This document shows positions 55,195 through 64,000 of a DNA stretch of 64,000 nt, one piece after another. The notes beneath the pieces are model-generated. The model saw only the letters and a list, made by a program, of their open reading frames with translations, did not search any database and had not been told where the DNA came from. The translations under genes and the position numbers were made by a program. Each line of letters begins with the position of its first letter. Within the stretch, counting starts at the first letter, position 1. The stretch covers positions 10,074 through 74,073 of the forward strand of contig JBEIVB010000001.1 of the NCBI GenBank assembly GCA_040374085.1, in the 5' to 3' direction. This stretch comes from Flavobacteriales bacterium. Its GTDB lineage: Bacteria; Bacteroidota; Bacteroidia; UBA4408.

Positions 55195-56058
55195 TTAACC
55201 CAGATAGGCCTTCAAGAGCTTGCTTCGGCTGGAGTGCTTAAGGCGCTTGATGGCTTTTTCCTTGATCTGACGAACACGCTCACGGGTTAGATCAAATTTA
55301 TCGCCAATCTCCTCCAACGTGTATTCGTGGTTGTACCCAATACCGTAAAAAAGCTTTACCACATCGCGCTCCCGATCGGTAAGCGTGGCAAGAGACCGCT
55401 CTATTTCTTTTTGAAGCGATTCGTTGATGAGAGCATTGTCGGCACGAGGGGAATCGGTGTTTACCAAAACGTCCAAAAGGGTGTTCTCCTCACCTTGCAC
55501 AAAAGGGGCATCCATTGAAATGTGCCTACCGGAAACTCGCAAGGTATCGGCCACTTTGTCTTCGGCAATATCCAGAATCTCAGCCAACTCCTCAGCAGAT
55601 GGCGTACGCTCAAACTCCTGTTCGAGTTTGCTGAAGGCTTTGTTAATCTTGTTCAATGAACCAACCTGATTCAAGGGCAAACGAACAATGCGCGCCTGCT
55701 CAGCCAAGGCTTGAAGGATGCTTTGACGAATCCACCAAACGGCATAAGAAATGAATTTGAAACCGCGGGTTTCATCGAAACGCTTGGCAGCCTTGATTAG
55801 GCCTAGGTTCCCCTCGTTGATGAGGTCGGGAAGACTCAATCCCTGATTCTGATATTGCTTGGCAACGGAAACCACAAAGCGGAGGTTGGATTTGGTCAGC
55901 TTTTCCAATGCTGCCTGGTCGCCCTCACGAATCCGCTTTGCTAAAACCACCTCTTCTTCTGCACTGATCAATTCCTCGCGACCAATTTCCTGCAGGTACT
56001 TGTCCAAAGAAGCACTCTCGCGGTTGGTAATGGATTTGGTGATTTTTAGTTGTCTCAT
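55195..56058 (-). CDS. rpoD: RNA polymerase primary sigma factor (Bacteroidota short sigma-70/SigA)
   Basis: 287 aa. Regions 2 ([36 protein letters not shown]), 3 and 4 ([28 protein letters not shown]). Length typical of Bacteroidota sigma-A. Confidence 0.85.
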   Translation of the reverse strand: MRQLKITKSITNRESASLDKYLQEIGREELISAEEEVVLAKRIREGDQAALEKLTKSNLRFVVSVAKQYQNQGLSLPDLINEGNLGLIKAAKRFDETRGFKFISYAVWWIRQSILQALAEQARIVRLPLNQVGSLNKINKAFSKLEQEFERTPSAEELAEILDIAEDKVADTLRVSGRHISMDAPFVQGEENTLLDVLVNTDSPRADNALINESLQKEIERSLATLTDRERDVVKLFYGIGYNHEYTLEEIGDKFDLTRERVRQIKEKAIKRLKHSSRSKLLKAYLG

Positions 56059-56151
56059 CCTTTACTTTTTTAGGTAGACCCTTATACGTTCAGATCCCGT
56101 ATTTGGTTTCCGACTTTCCAATTTTTTTTTCAACCCATTGATTTTCAATGC

Positions 56152-56181
56152 AAAAAAAATGGGGGCCACACAGGACCCCCA
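56152..56181 (-). terminator. Rho-independent terminator downstream of htrA
   Basis: Minus-strand hairpin GGGGGTCC-tgtgt-GGCCCCCA followed by TTTTTTTT, immediately after the htrA stop. Confidence 0.6.
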
Positions 56182-56201
56182 TATGTTGGGTGAGCTTTTG
56201 T

Positions 56202-57668
56202 TTACAAACCAAAACCGTAATACCCCCTCACCCCATTTTGATACACACCCTCCAACAACACGCCGCCTTTTTTGCCTTCCAGATAATTTACCAAATCATC
56301 TACAGAGTCAACCGGGCGTTTGTCAACGTGTGTAATGATAAAGCCTTCACGAATGCCGCTGCTCATCAATTTACCAGACTCCATGCGCACAACTTTTAAA
56401 CCGTTGCCAATGCGCAACTTCCGCTTGTCTTCCGCGTTTACCGATTCAAAAGAAGCGCCTAAGGCAAGGTTGCTTTTTTCTGCAGCGCTCACATTTCGAA
56501 TGATCTCCGTTTCGCCGTTTTTGTTGCGAAGGGTTACCTCAATTTCTTTGGCTTCGCCATTTCGCAGCACCTGAACCTGAATGCGATCTCCGGGTCTGTA
56601 GCGACTCACCTGCTCCTGCAGCTCTGGAGTGGTTTTTATCGGCGACTCACCGATTCGCGTAAGAACATCTCCCTCCCGAATTCCGGAACGCTCGGCCGCA
56701 CCTCCGCTGGTTACGCCTGCAACGAAAACACCCTGAGTGGTTTTCAAACCTTTTTCCTCAGACAATTTGCTGTCGATGTCGCGAATGCTTACTCCAATAA
56801 ATGCGCGTTGCACAGAACCAAACTCCTTAAGATCGCTCATCACCTTTCTTACAATGTTCACCGGAATGGCGAAAGAATAGCCTGTGTAGGATCCGGTGTT
56901 GGAGGCGATGGCAGAATTGATGCCCACCAGTTCACCATTCGTGTTTACAAGCGCACCACCACTGTTACCGGGATTTACAGCAGCATCGGTCTGGATGTAG
57001 GACTCTATGGAATATTTGCCGTTGGCGGGATCGTTGTCGAGCGCATTTATGTTCCGACCCTTTGCCGATACTATGCCGGCCGTGACTGTGGAGGTGAGGT
57101 TAAATGGGTTACCCACAGCCAGAACCCATTGCCCGACTTTAACTTCATCTGAGTTTCCAAAATGGATGAAAGGCAAACTTTTTTCATCGATTTTTAAAAG
57201 GGCCAGATCTGTGGTTGGATCTTTGCCAATGACATCCGCTGTGTAGGATTTGTTGTTGTTCAGAATCACCTCAATTTTATCTGCCTCCTGAATCACATGG
57301 TTGTTTGTGCAGATGTAGCCATCGTCTGAAATGATTACACCGCTGCCAGAACCCGCACTTGGTGGCGTCATAATCTGATAGCCTCCTCCTCCGAAAAAGA
57401 AGTTGCGGACCGGATCGGCAAAAGGATCGCGGGTGATGGTTTTACCGTTGGTTACAGTTTTAATGTGCACCACGGCATGAACAGTCAAATCGGCGGCTTT
57501 TGTAAAGTCAATGGCGTTCGAAGGTAAACCACCAGAGGTGAGTTTAACTGGTAACGGTTGCTCTGCAGAGAAAGGGCGCGCATCCGAGCTTTTTGTCCAG
57601 TGGCTGATGGCAGCTACGGTAATTCCTCCCAACAAGGAGGCAGCCAATAAATTCCCAAATCTATTCAT
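56202..57668 (-). CDS. htrA: Periplasmic serine endoprotease DegP/DegQ/HtrA family with two PDZ domains
   Basis: 488 aa. Signal peptide. Catalytic triad contexts TNNHVI, DLALLKI, GNSGGALVN. Two PDZ-like C-terminal domains. Confidence 0.85.
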   Translation of the reverse strand: MNRFGNLLAASLLGGITVAAISHWTKSSDARPFSAEQPLPVKLTSGGLPSNAIDFTKAADLTVHAVVHIKTVTNGKTITRDPFADPVRNFFFGGGGYQIMTPPSAGSGSGVIISDDGYICTNNHVIQEADKIEVILNNNKSYTADVIGKDPTTDLALLKIDEKSLPFIHFGNSDEVKVGQWVLAVGNPFNLTSTVTAGIVSAKGRNINALDNDPANGKYSIESYIQTDAAVNPGNSGGALVNTNGELVGINSAIASNTGSYTGYSFAIPVNIVRKVMSDLKEFGSVQRAFIGVSIRDIDSKLSEEKGLKTTQGVFVAGVTSGGAAERSGIREGDVLTRIGESPIKTTPELQEQVSRYRPGDRIQVQVLRNGEAKEIEVTLRNKNGETEIIRNVSAAEKSNLALGASFESVNAEDKRKLRIGNGLKVVRMESGKLMSSGIREGFIITHVDKRPVDSVDDLVNYLEGKKGGVLLEGVYQNGVRGYYGFGL

Positions 57669-57805
57669 GGTTGTTAACGGTTTAGGGTTGTTGGTCGAAT
57701 GGCAAAAGTAAGACCAAAGCCTTGCAGTATTTCCTAAGAAATTGCAAAGTTCGGTTAAGGACTGTTAACCTCAAATCGCATACCTTAGTCCGGATTTTGT
57801 GACGT

Positions 57806-58549
57806 ATGAGCGATCGAAAAGTTCGAATTCTATTTTTTGCCCTTGGCTTGTTTCTGGGGGTCATCCTTGGTGGATCTGTTGTGCGGGTTTATGCAGACAA
57901 GGTGATGGCAGAAAACACCATTTCCAAAAACTTCATGACACGCATGTTGGGAAAAGTACTGGGGCTGATTTACAGTCGAGAACGAAAAACGAGTGCACCG
58001 GAGCAAATGTCGAACCCAGGGGGGGGTACACCCGGAACCCCAACAGCGTCGGATTCCGTTTCTACGGAGGACGATGCAGGAGCTCAGGAGGCCTTGAATG
58101 CTGCTCCCACTGCAACCGTAGATTCCGTTACTGCCCAAAGTTCCAATCGCGGAGATGACAATATTGTTGTTTTAAAAGATCAGTTGGTATCTTCGGTTCA
58201 GGTGCCGGTGATTCAGGTATTGATGACAAGTAGAACGGGTGCAGACACGCTCAATAGAAAAGGTCAAACTCAAAAACTCATGCTCTCCGGCCCCAATCCA
58301 TTCCACGTGGAATTCTGGCAGTCGCCATTGAATTATAAAGGATATCAACTGGGGAAAAACAAACTCATCCTTTACGGATTAAATGAAAGCGAGCAGTTGC
58401 ACCTCTTCTCCTGGAATGGAGGGTTGTTCCTAAAAGTTCAAGAGCAATTTGTCCGACTGGATCGGAAAGGAGAGTTTAAATCTTTTGAGAAAATAACCGA
58501 TCCCGCTTTGCTTGCACCACTTCAAGCAGCAGCCGCCCAGCAAAAGTAG
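57806..58549 (+). CDS. Membrane-anchored hypothetical protein (N-terminal TM, Gly/Pro/Thr-rich linker, C-terminal globular domain)
   Basis: 247 aa. N-terminal TM ILFFALGLFLGVILGGSVV. Linker NPGGGTPGTPTASDSVSTEDD. No recognisable motifs. Confidence 0.4.
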   Translation: MSDRKVRILFFALGLFLGVILGGSVVRVYADKVMAENTISKNFMTRMLGKVLGLIYSRERKTSAPEQMSNPGGGTPGTPTASDSVSTEDDAGAQEALNAAPTATVDSVTAQSSNRGDDNIVVLKDQLVSSVQVPVIQVLMTSRTGADTLNRKGQTQKLMLSGPNPFHVEFWQSPLNYKGYQLGKNKLILYGLNESEQLHLFSWNGGLFLKVQEQFVRLDRKGEFKSFEKITDPALLAPLQAAAAQQK

Positions 58550-58552
58550 AGC

Positions 58553-59341
58553 ATGGCAAAGACATTGGACTTTTCTAAGTACCAAGGCACCGGCAATGAT
58601 TTTGTTTTGTTGGACAACCGCAGCGGAAATGCAGAATTTCTGACTCCCCAACTGCGTGCGCTGCTCTGCCATCGAAAATTTGGCATAGGTGCAGATGGAC
58701 TCATTTTTTTAGAGGAAAACGATCAAGGTTTATACATGCGTTATTTCAATTCCGATGGAAATACCGGAAGTCTCTGTGGTAACGGAAGCCGATGTTTCGT
58801 TCGATTTTGTATGGACTTGGGCATTTGGAGGGAGGAGGGCTTTTATGCCTACGATGGCCATCACAAGGCACGATTGATGAGCAAAGATCGAATAGCAATT
58901 GCCTTGTCGAATGTAAGCTTGCCGGAGGAGCATGGTCGAGACTGGTTTCTGAACACAGGCTCACCTCACGTTGTCCGTCAGGTTCAGGACCTGGAAGCGT
59001 TGAATGTTTATGCAGAGGGCACTCTAACCCGCCATGCAGGACGCTATCAGCCCGGAGGAACAAACGTAAATTTCATTGAGGAAAAACAAGGCCGCTTGCA
59101 CATCCGAACTTTCGAGCGTGGCGTTGAAGACGAAACCCTTTCCTGCGGAACCGGTGCAGTGGCCTCTGCCTTGGTGTGGGCCAGCTTGAAAAAAACTGCC
59201 GGAAAACACCTTCAACTCCTCGAAACCCGTGGCGGCAGATTGGAAGTAGACTTTACTTTCGATGGCGCCAAATTTCATGACGTTTGGCTTATAGGCCCTG
59301 TAGTTCATGTTATGGACGGCAAGTGGATGCGTCCAGAATAG
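58553..59341 (+). CDS. dapF: Diaminopimelate epimerase
   Basis: 262 aa. N-terminal FSKYQGTGNDFVLLDN (GNDF motif). Catalytic Cys contexts GSLCGNGSRC and LSCGTGAVAS. Confidence 0.85.
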   Translation: MAKTLDFSKYQGTGNDFVLLDNRSGNAEFLTPQLRALLCHRKFGIGADGLIFLEENDQGLYMRYFNSDGNTGSLCGNGSRCFVRFCMDLGIWREEGFYAYDGHHKARLMSKDRIAIALSNVSLPEEHGRDWFLNTGSPHVVRQVQDLEALNVYAEGTLTRHAGRYQPGGTNVNFIEEKQGRLHIRTFERGVEDETLSCGTGAVASALVWASLKKTAGKHLQLLETRGGRLEVDFTFDGAKFHDVWLIGPVVHVMDGKWMRPE

Positions 59342-59507
59342 GTACCTGTATCGTTGGCAAAACCCAAATGGCCAGCGATGGTCCTAATAGCCTTGGGAGC
59401 CACAACAAAAAACAAGTAAAAAACTCGGTTCTACCGGTTCGATCTTCCTCAATGAACTGCTTTCTTGTGCCTTTGTTTAGTATCTTCATGCTCTACCCAA
59501 CCACCAC

Positions 59508-61448
59508 ATGCCCGTAAAACCCAAACCCATAAAGAAGGATGTAACCTCTACCTTTTCCCTTTGGACCGATTACGATGTTTATTTGTTCAAAGCAGGAAAG
59601 CATCATCGTTTGTATGAGAAAATGGGGTGCCACCCGATTGACCATAATGGGGTAAAAGGGTGCTATTTTTCAGTTTGGGCACCCAATGCTGCATCCGTTC
59701 ATTTGATCAGCGACTTCAATGGTTGGGATAAATCTGCGCATCCGCTTCAGACCCGATGGGACGAAAGTGGGATTTGGGAACTTTTCCTAGCCGGATTCCC
59801 TCAAGGCACTTCATATAAATTTTTTATTATAAATCGAGACAGTGGCATTGGACAAGAAAAATTTGACCCCTTTGCGCAGTTTGCTGAAGTTCCACCGCGC
59901 ACCGCGAGCGTTAGCCATCGGTTTTCTCCAGATTGGAAGGATGCGGATTGGATGCGAAGTCGAGGCAATAAAGGATTATCTCAAGCATTCAGCATTTACG
60001 AGGTTCACCTGGGTTCTTGGCGGAGAGTGCCCGAAGAGGATAATCGGCCCCTCTCCTATCGTGAGTTGGCGGAGGTTTTGGTTCCATACGTGTCCGATTT
60101 GGGATTTACCCATGTAGAGTTTCTACCGGTAACCGAACATCCTTTTTATGGGTCATGGGGGTATCAATCAACGGGGTATTTCAGTCCAACCAGCCGTTAT
60201 GGAACACCGGAAGATTTTGCACATCTGATTGATGCATTCCACCGGGCCGGAATTGGTGTAATTTTGGATTGGGTGCCCTCGCATTTTCCTTGCGACGCCT
60301 TTGCACTCGGGGATTTCGATGGCACACACTTATATGAACACGACGATCCTCGAAAAGGCTTTCACCCTGACTGGCGGAGCTACATTTTTAACTACGGTAG
60401 GTTTGAAGTGAGAAGTTTTCTGATCAGCTCAGCTATTTTCTGGCTCGATCAATTTCATGCAGATGGCATTCGTGTAGACGCTGTTGCCTCTATGTTGTAC
60501 CTGGATTATTCTAGGAATGCAGGAGAATGGGTTCCAAATGAACATGGAGGCAATGAAAATTTGGAGGCAATTTCGTTTCTAAAAGAGCTAAACGAAGCTG
60601 TTTATATGAACTTCCCTGATGTGCACACCATAGCCGAAGAATCGACGGCTTGGCCGGGTGTGAGTAGGCCGACCTCAGCGGGAGGCTTGGGATTTGGCAT
60701 GAAATGGATGATGGGTTGGATGCACGATACGCTGGCTTATTTTCAACGAGATCCGATTTACCGAAAACACCATCAAAACCAAATTACCTTCAGCATACAC
60801 TATGCGTTTCATGAAAATTTTTGTCTTCCTCTTTCGCATGACGAAGTGGTGCACGGCAAAAAATCCTTGTTGAGCAAAATGCCCGGAGATTTATGGCAGC
60901 AATGCGCCAATCTTCGGCTGTTGTATGCCTATATGTTTACACACCCCGGCACAAAATTACTCTTTATGGGTGCTGAGTTCGGACAGTGGACAGAATGGAA
61001 TCACGATCGAAGCTTAGATTGGCATCTCTTGCAAGAAGAGCCACACAAAGGCATCCATAAGACCATAAAAAAATTGAACGAAATTTATAAAAACAAAAGA
61101 GCGCTACATGAATGGAATTTTCAGCAAGAGGGTTTTGAATTCATCGATATTCAGGACGCGGAACAGTCGATCATTTCCTACATGAGGAAATCCTCAGAGG
61201 GGCAAACCCTAGTGGTTGTCTGCAATTTCACCCCTATACCAAGACCAGCCTATCGCGTTGGCGTGCCATTCGGAGGCACGTATCGATTGGTACTGAATAC
61301 AGACTGGCAAGACCTTGGCGGCAGCGGTGCGGGGCAGCAAACAGACTGCGACAGTGAGTTGTTTGCATATCATGGTAGAAACCAATCGCTCCTGATTGAT
61401 CTTCCACCCTTGGGCTGCTTGATTTTGGAAATCAGCTCGTTGGGGTAA
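59508..61448 (+). CDS. glgB: 1,4-alpha-glucan branching enzyme (GH13_9)
   Basis: 646 aa. N-terminal CBM48-like region. GH13 regions GIGVILDWVPSHF, DGIRVDAVASMLY, AEESTAWP. YEVHLGSWRR motif typical of GlgB. Confidence 0.85.
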   Translation: MPVKPKPIKKDVTSTFSLWTDYDVYLFKAGKHHRLYEKMGCHPIDHNGVKGCYFSVWAPNAASVHLISDFNGWDKSAHPLQTRWDESGIWELFLAGFPQGTSYKFFIINRDSGIGQEKFDPFAQFAEVPPRTASVSHRFSPDWKDADWMRSRGNKGLSQAFSIYEVHLGSWRRVPEEDNRPLSYRELAEVLVPYVSDLGFTHVEFLPVTEHPFYGSWGYQSTGYFSPTSRYGTPEDFAHLIDAFHRAGIGVILDWVPSHFPCDAFALGDFDGTHLYEHDDPRKGFHPDWRSYIFNYGRFEVRSFLISSAIFWLDQFHADGIRVDAVASMLYLDYSRNAGEWVPNEHGGNENLEAISFLKELNEAVYMNFPDVHTIAEESTAWPGVSRPTSAGGLGFGMKWMMGWMHDTLAYFQRDPIYRKHHQNQITFSIHYAFHENFCLPLSHDEVVHGKKSLLSKMPGDLWQQCANLRLLYAYMFTHPGTKLLFMGAEFGQWTEWNHDRSLDWHLLQEEPHKGIHKTIKKLNEIYKNKRALHEWNFQQEGFEFIDIQDAEQSIISYMRKSSEGQTLVVVCNFTPIPRPAYRVGVPFGGTYRLVLNTDWQDLGGSGAGQQTDCDSELFAYHGRNQSLLIDLPPLGCLILEISSLG

Positions 61449-61454
61449 GTCTCC

Positions 61455-62228
61455 TTAAAGAATGCGCTTTAGCAACCGAAGCTGATGGGAATAGCTGCGT
61501 GTCTCCTCGTTGTAAATACCCTGATGGTCGAGGCGATCGATGCGCACTTTGCCTGATGCGTGAATGATTTGCTGTTTAGGAAGCACCATTCCAACATGAA
61601 TGATGTGCCCTTCCTCATTGTCAAAAAACGCCAAATCACCCGGATCCGCCTCTTCCACAAAACTTAAGGTTGTCCCTTGATCGGATTGTTGCGCTGCATC
61701 GCGCATTAAAAAAATCCCATGAAGCTTATATACCATTTGTACCAAACCTGAACAGTCGATTCCAAAAGGACTTTTGCCGCCCCATAAATAAGGGGCGTTC
61801 AGATAGGATAGTGAGGTGGCAACAAGACTTCTCCGTTGAGCAGGATCGGCTTGAAAAACCGCACCATCGTATTGGTAAGCATCATTTTCGATGTGGAAAA
61901 TTTTTCCATCCCAAAATGGAAGAGATGAACCCAAAACCACTGGGATTGTTTCTCGTTTGGTTTGATTTTCCACCACCGAAACCAAATTATCGGTATACAC
62001 GCGGGGCTGGTCGTTGATCCTATCAAAGGTCTTCTCCGAAATAAACTGAAACTGCTTAGAGCCAATCCAGCCCTCATATCCATCACAGGATAAGCGAATC
62101 TGAACCCATCGCTCGGTGCGCTCAAGCACTTGAAAAACATCACCGAAAAGGAGTTGGGTAACCATTTCGCTGCGATCGTTGGGCTCTTTTCGAACCGGAA
62201 TGAGGGATAGTGGAGCGATACCAAACAT
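61455..62228 (-). CDS. NlpC/P60 (C40) family peptidoglycan peptidase with N-terminal SH3-like domain
   Basis: 257 aa. Catalytic Cys context YLWGGKSPFGIDCSGLVQ. His context GHIIHVGM. Confidence 0.75.
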   Translation of the reverse strand: MFGIAPLSLIPVRKEPNDRSEMVTQLLFGDVFQVLERTERWVQIRLSCDGYEGWIGSKQFQFISEKTFDRINDQPRVYTDNLVSVVENQTKRETIPVVLGSSLPFWDGKIFHIENDAYQYDGAVFQADPAQRRSLVATSLSYLNAPYLWGGKSPFGIDCSGLVQMVYKLHGIFLMRDAAQQSDQGTTLSFVEEADPGDLAFFDNEEGHIIHVGMVLPKQQIIHASGKVRIDRLDHQGIYNEETRSYSHQLRLLKRIL

Positions 62229-64000
62229 TTAATGAGCAATCATCAAGCGTTTAACTTTGAATGGTGATTGGGCATCGGAAAATCCTGAAAGCTGAACCGA
62301 ATAAAACCCAGGTTCCAGTTGAGCCACCGATACCTGCTCACCCGAATAAATACCTTGATGCAAAACCAATCTTCCAAGAGCATCAAAAATGCTGATCTGA
62401 CAGGATCCAACAATGGGAATCACCAAGGTTACACCCTTGTTTGCAGGGTTTGGAAAAAGTTGCCAATCGGCTATTTCATCCTTCAAAATTCCGCTGGGCA
62501 AACCACCGGGACAGGACCCGACCCAAGGACGCATCATCCATGATCCTGAAAACTGAGTATTGAACCAACCCGACCCGGGCTGACGGAACCAATGCTTGAA
62601 CTGATTGTTATGATTTCGGTCGAATCCAATGTTTAAAGGAAGAGAAGAACTGCAACGAACTCCAGCATAGTAGGTGCCCGAAGGTAAAACCAATGCATTG
62701 GGCAAAGCGTAACGGGTGAAACCGTTCACCCCATTTGCATAGGAAGGAAGAAAAAATCCTCCCGCAAAGAGGGAATCTCCGGGAAAATCGCCGACACCTT
62801 TTTTTCGAACCACCAATTCAAATGGAATTTCAGAAGCATCGTCCAACACGGGGTTAAAATAGATGCTGAGACCACGAAGTGTGTCCGACTGAAGCAAGGA
62901 AAACTCCGTTAACATTTGAGTGCCCGGGCTGTTTACAAAGCCATAAGCAGCCTCTGCACTGCCGTCATCCAAACAAAATTCATCAGCAAAACGTTGTACA
63001 TAACGCAACGTATCGTTGCTCCGTTCTGCCTGAAGCGAGAGCGGTTGTATGTACTGAGTAATCAAATACTCAGAGCAAGGACCCGCAGATGGAAACGCAT
63101 AACCCAGGCCGTTGAGCGGGTTGATAACTCTTGTGCAAAAATCGCAGCTGTTTATGCTGGTTGGATTGAACACCACGTTATCCACATCGAATCCTGTTTG
63201 CGGATTACCGCCGAAATAATCGGTAATGCGAAAGCGGTAGCTGAGGTTTTGTGTGGTTGTTGACGTGTTTCGAATGCGATTTGTTTGAACCGAAGCCATC
63301 ATAGCCGGAACGTAATGCCGTACCGGTAAACTCTGGTAATCCTGAAGAATACTCGTCATTGGGTAAACAAAGGCCACATCGGCAAGAGAAGTATCGCTCA
63401 CGTTTGCCACCACCTGCACTTGATCGAGGTGCCAATGGTCGGTGCTGCCGCTTAATGTTGCATAATTCCGAAAGCGAAACTGAAATCCATTCTTAAGCCA
63501 AGCCGTATCTGTGATGTGCAACATTACCCTGCGGAAATTGGTATCGTTGCCTAAAGGAAATCCGGTCTTCGACCAAACATGAGACCATTCCCTGCCCGGA
63601 GATTTGAATTCGAGCACAAGCGTATCCTTCAGCTCAGGATCGTTTCCAAGTCCCTGCGGTTGGTAATAAAAACTCAGATAGGCGCCTGTAAGCGGACTGT
63701 AGTTTAGGTTAATGGGCTTGGAAGTAAGCGTATCTGCCGAGCCATAACTCGATGGTATGAAATTATAAGTCCTACCATTCCACGCCATACCATCAAATTT
63801 GGCAACGCCAATGGTTGGCGGATTTACCGGAAAAGTACTGTTGAGGAATACGCTTTTCTTGCGGTTCATCCACAAACCGGGCAGAGCGCCCATGCGCACC
63901 CGGTCGAAGGGGAACGAAATAACCGTGTCTCTGAGAAAATCTAACACCGGAATGGTATCCTGAATTCCGCCTGGCTTAATGATAATGTTATAGGGCCTAA
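62229..64000 (-). CDS. Large secreted protein with T9SS C-terminal sorting domain, 5'-partial (continues beyond window end)
   Basis: C-terminus LFPNPANKGVTLVIP...FYSVQLSGFSDAQSPFKVKRLMIAH is a T9SS CTD. The listed start at 63947 is a GTG with no signal peptide. The reading frame stays open to position 64000, so the true N-terminus is outside the window. Confidence 0.6.
   Translation of the reverse strand, partial: RPYNIIIKPGGIQDTIPVLDFLRDTVISFPFDRVRMGALPGLWMNRKKSVFLNSTFPVNPPTIGVAKFDGMAWNGRTYNFIPSSYGSADTLTSKPINLNYSPLTGAYLSFYYQPQGLGNDPELKDTLVLEFKSPGREWSHVWSKTGFPLGNDTNFRRVMLHITDTAWLKNGFQFRFRNYATLSGSTDHWHLDQVQVVANVSDTSLADVAFVYPMTSILQDYQSLPVRHYVPAMMASVQTNRIRNTSTTTQNLSYRFRITDYFGGNPQTGFDVDNVVFNPTSINSCDFCTRVINPLNGLGYAFPSAGPCSEYLITQYIQPLSLQAERSNDTLRYVQRFADEFCLDDGSAEAAYGFVNSPGTQMLTEFSLLQSDTLRGLSIYFNPVLDDASEIPFELVVRKKGVGDFPGDSLFAGGFFLPSYANGVNGFTRYALPNALVLPSGTYYAGVRCSSSLPLNIGFDRNHNNQFKHWFRQPGSGWFNTQFSGSWMMRPWVGSCPGGLPSGILKDEIADWQLFPNPANKGVTLVIPIVGSCQISIFDALGRLVLHQGIYSGEQVSVAQLEPGFYSVQLSGFSDAQSPFKVKRLMIAH

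Overview
This window reads as a densely packed, mostly core chromosomal segment of a Bacteroidota (Bacteroidetes) genome. Supporting signs seen in the sequence: a short 287-aa RpoD, T9SS C-terminal sorting domains on two secreted proteins, a TonB-dependent receptor with a CarboxypepD_reg N-domain followed by a DUF4249-like lipoprotein, and a TAnnTTTG-type -7 element upstream of a tRNA. GC is moderate (high 40s % by eye). I call about 55 protein-coding genes and two tRNA genes: tRNA-His(GTG) with an encoded G-1, and a tRNA with a CAT anticodon. I see no rRNA, CRISPR array, transposase, integrase or obvious phage/defence genes. Housekeeping content includes rdgB, asnB, lepB, pgi, dinB, aroK, a cysteine desulfurase, ettA, ileS, a dksA-like gene, lspA, a transaldolase-like gene, rpoD, htrA, dapF and glgB. 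Long translationally coupled operons are common, with many 4-nt ATGA/TGA overlaps. The items I think most deserve a second look are: (1) a DksA/TraR-family protein carrying a ~360-aa lysine/alanine/proline-rich histone-H1-like N-terminal extension with tandem 33-nt coding repeats, sitting in the conserved ileS-dksA-lspA context; (2) a ~7-kb minus-strand operon coupling two periplasmic TPR/OmpA-type proteins to a GT11 fucosyltransferase, a GT2, a SAM methyltransferase and a ~12-TM GT-C-like membrane protein, which is a candidate envelope-glycan or protein O-glycosylation module; (3) a block flanked by two orphan OmpR-type response regulators that contains a secreted BNR propeller, a secreted protein with QW-like repeats and a DxDD(T/S) class-II-terpene-cyclase-like motif, a MurG-like glycosyltransferase and a Trp-rich putative beta-barrel; (4) a ~370-nt markedly AT-rich non-coding region between a solitary small XRE regulator and the CAT-anticodon tRNA, with an HTH-XRE+S24 (LexA/CI-like) repressor nearby. 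I could not recognise a clear-cut novel defence island or mobile element, so the hypotheses below are explicitly inferential.
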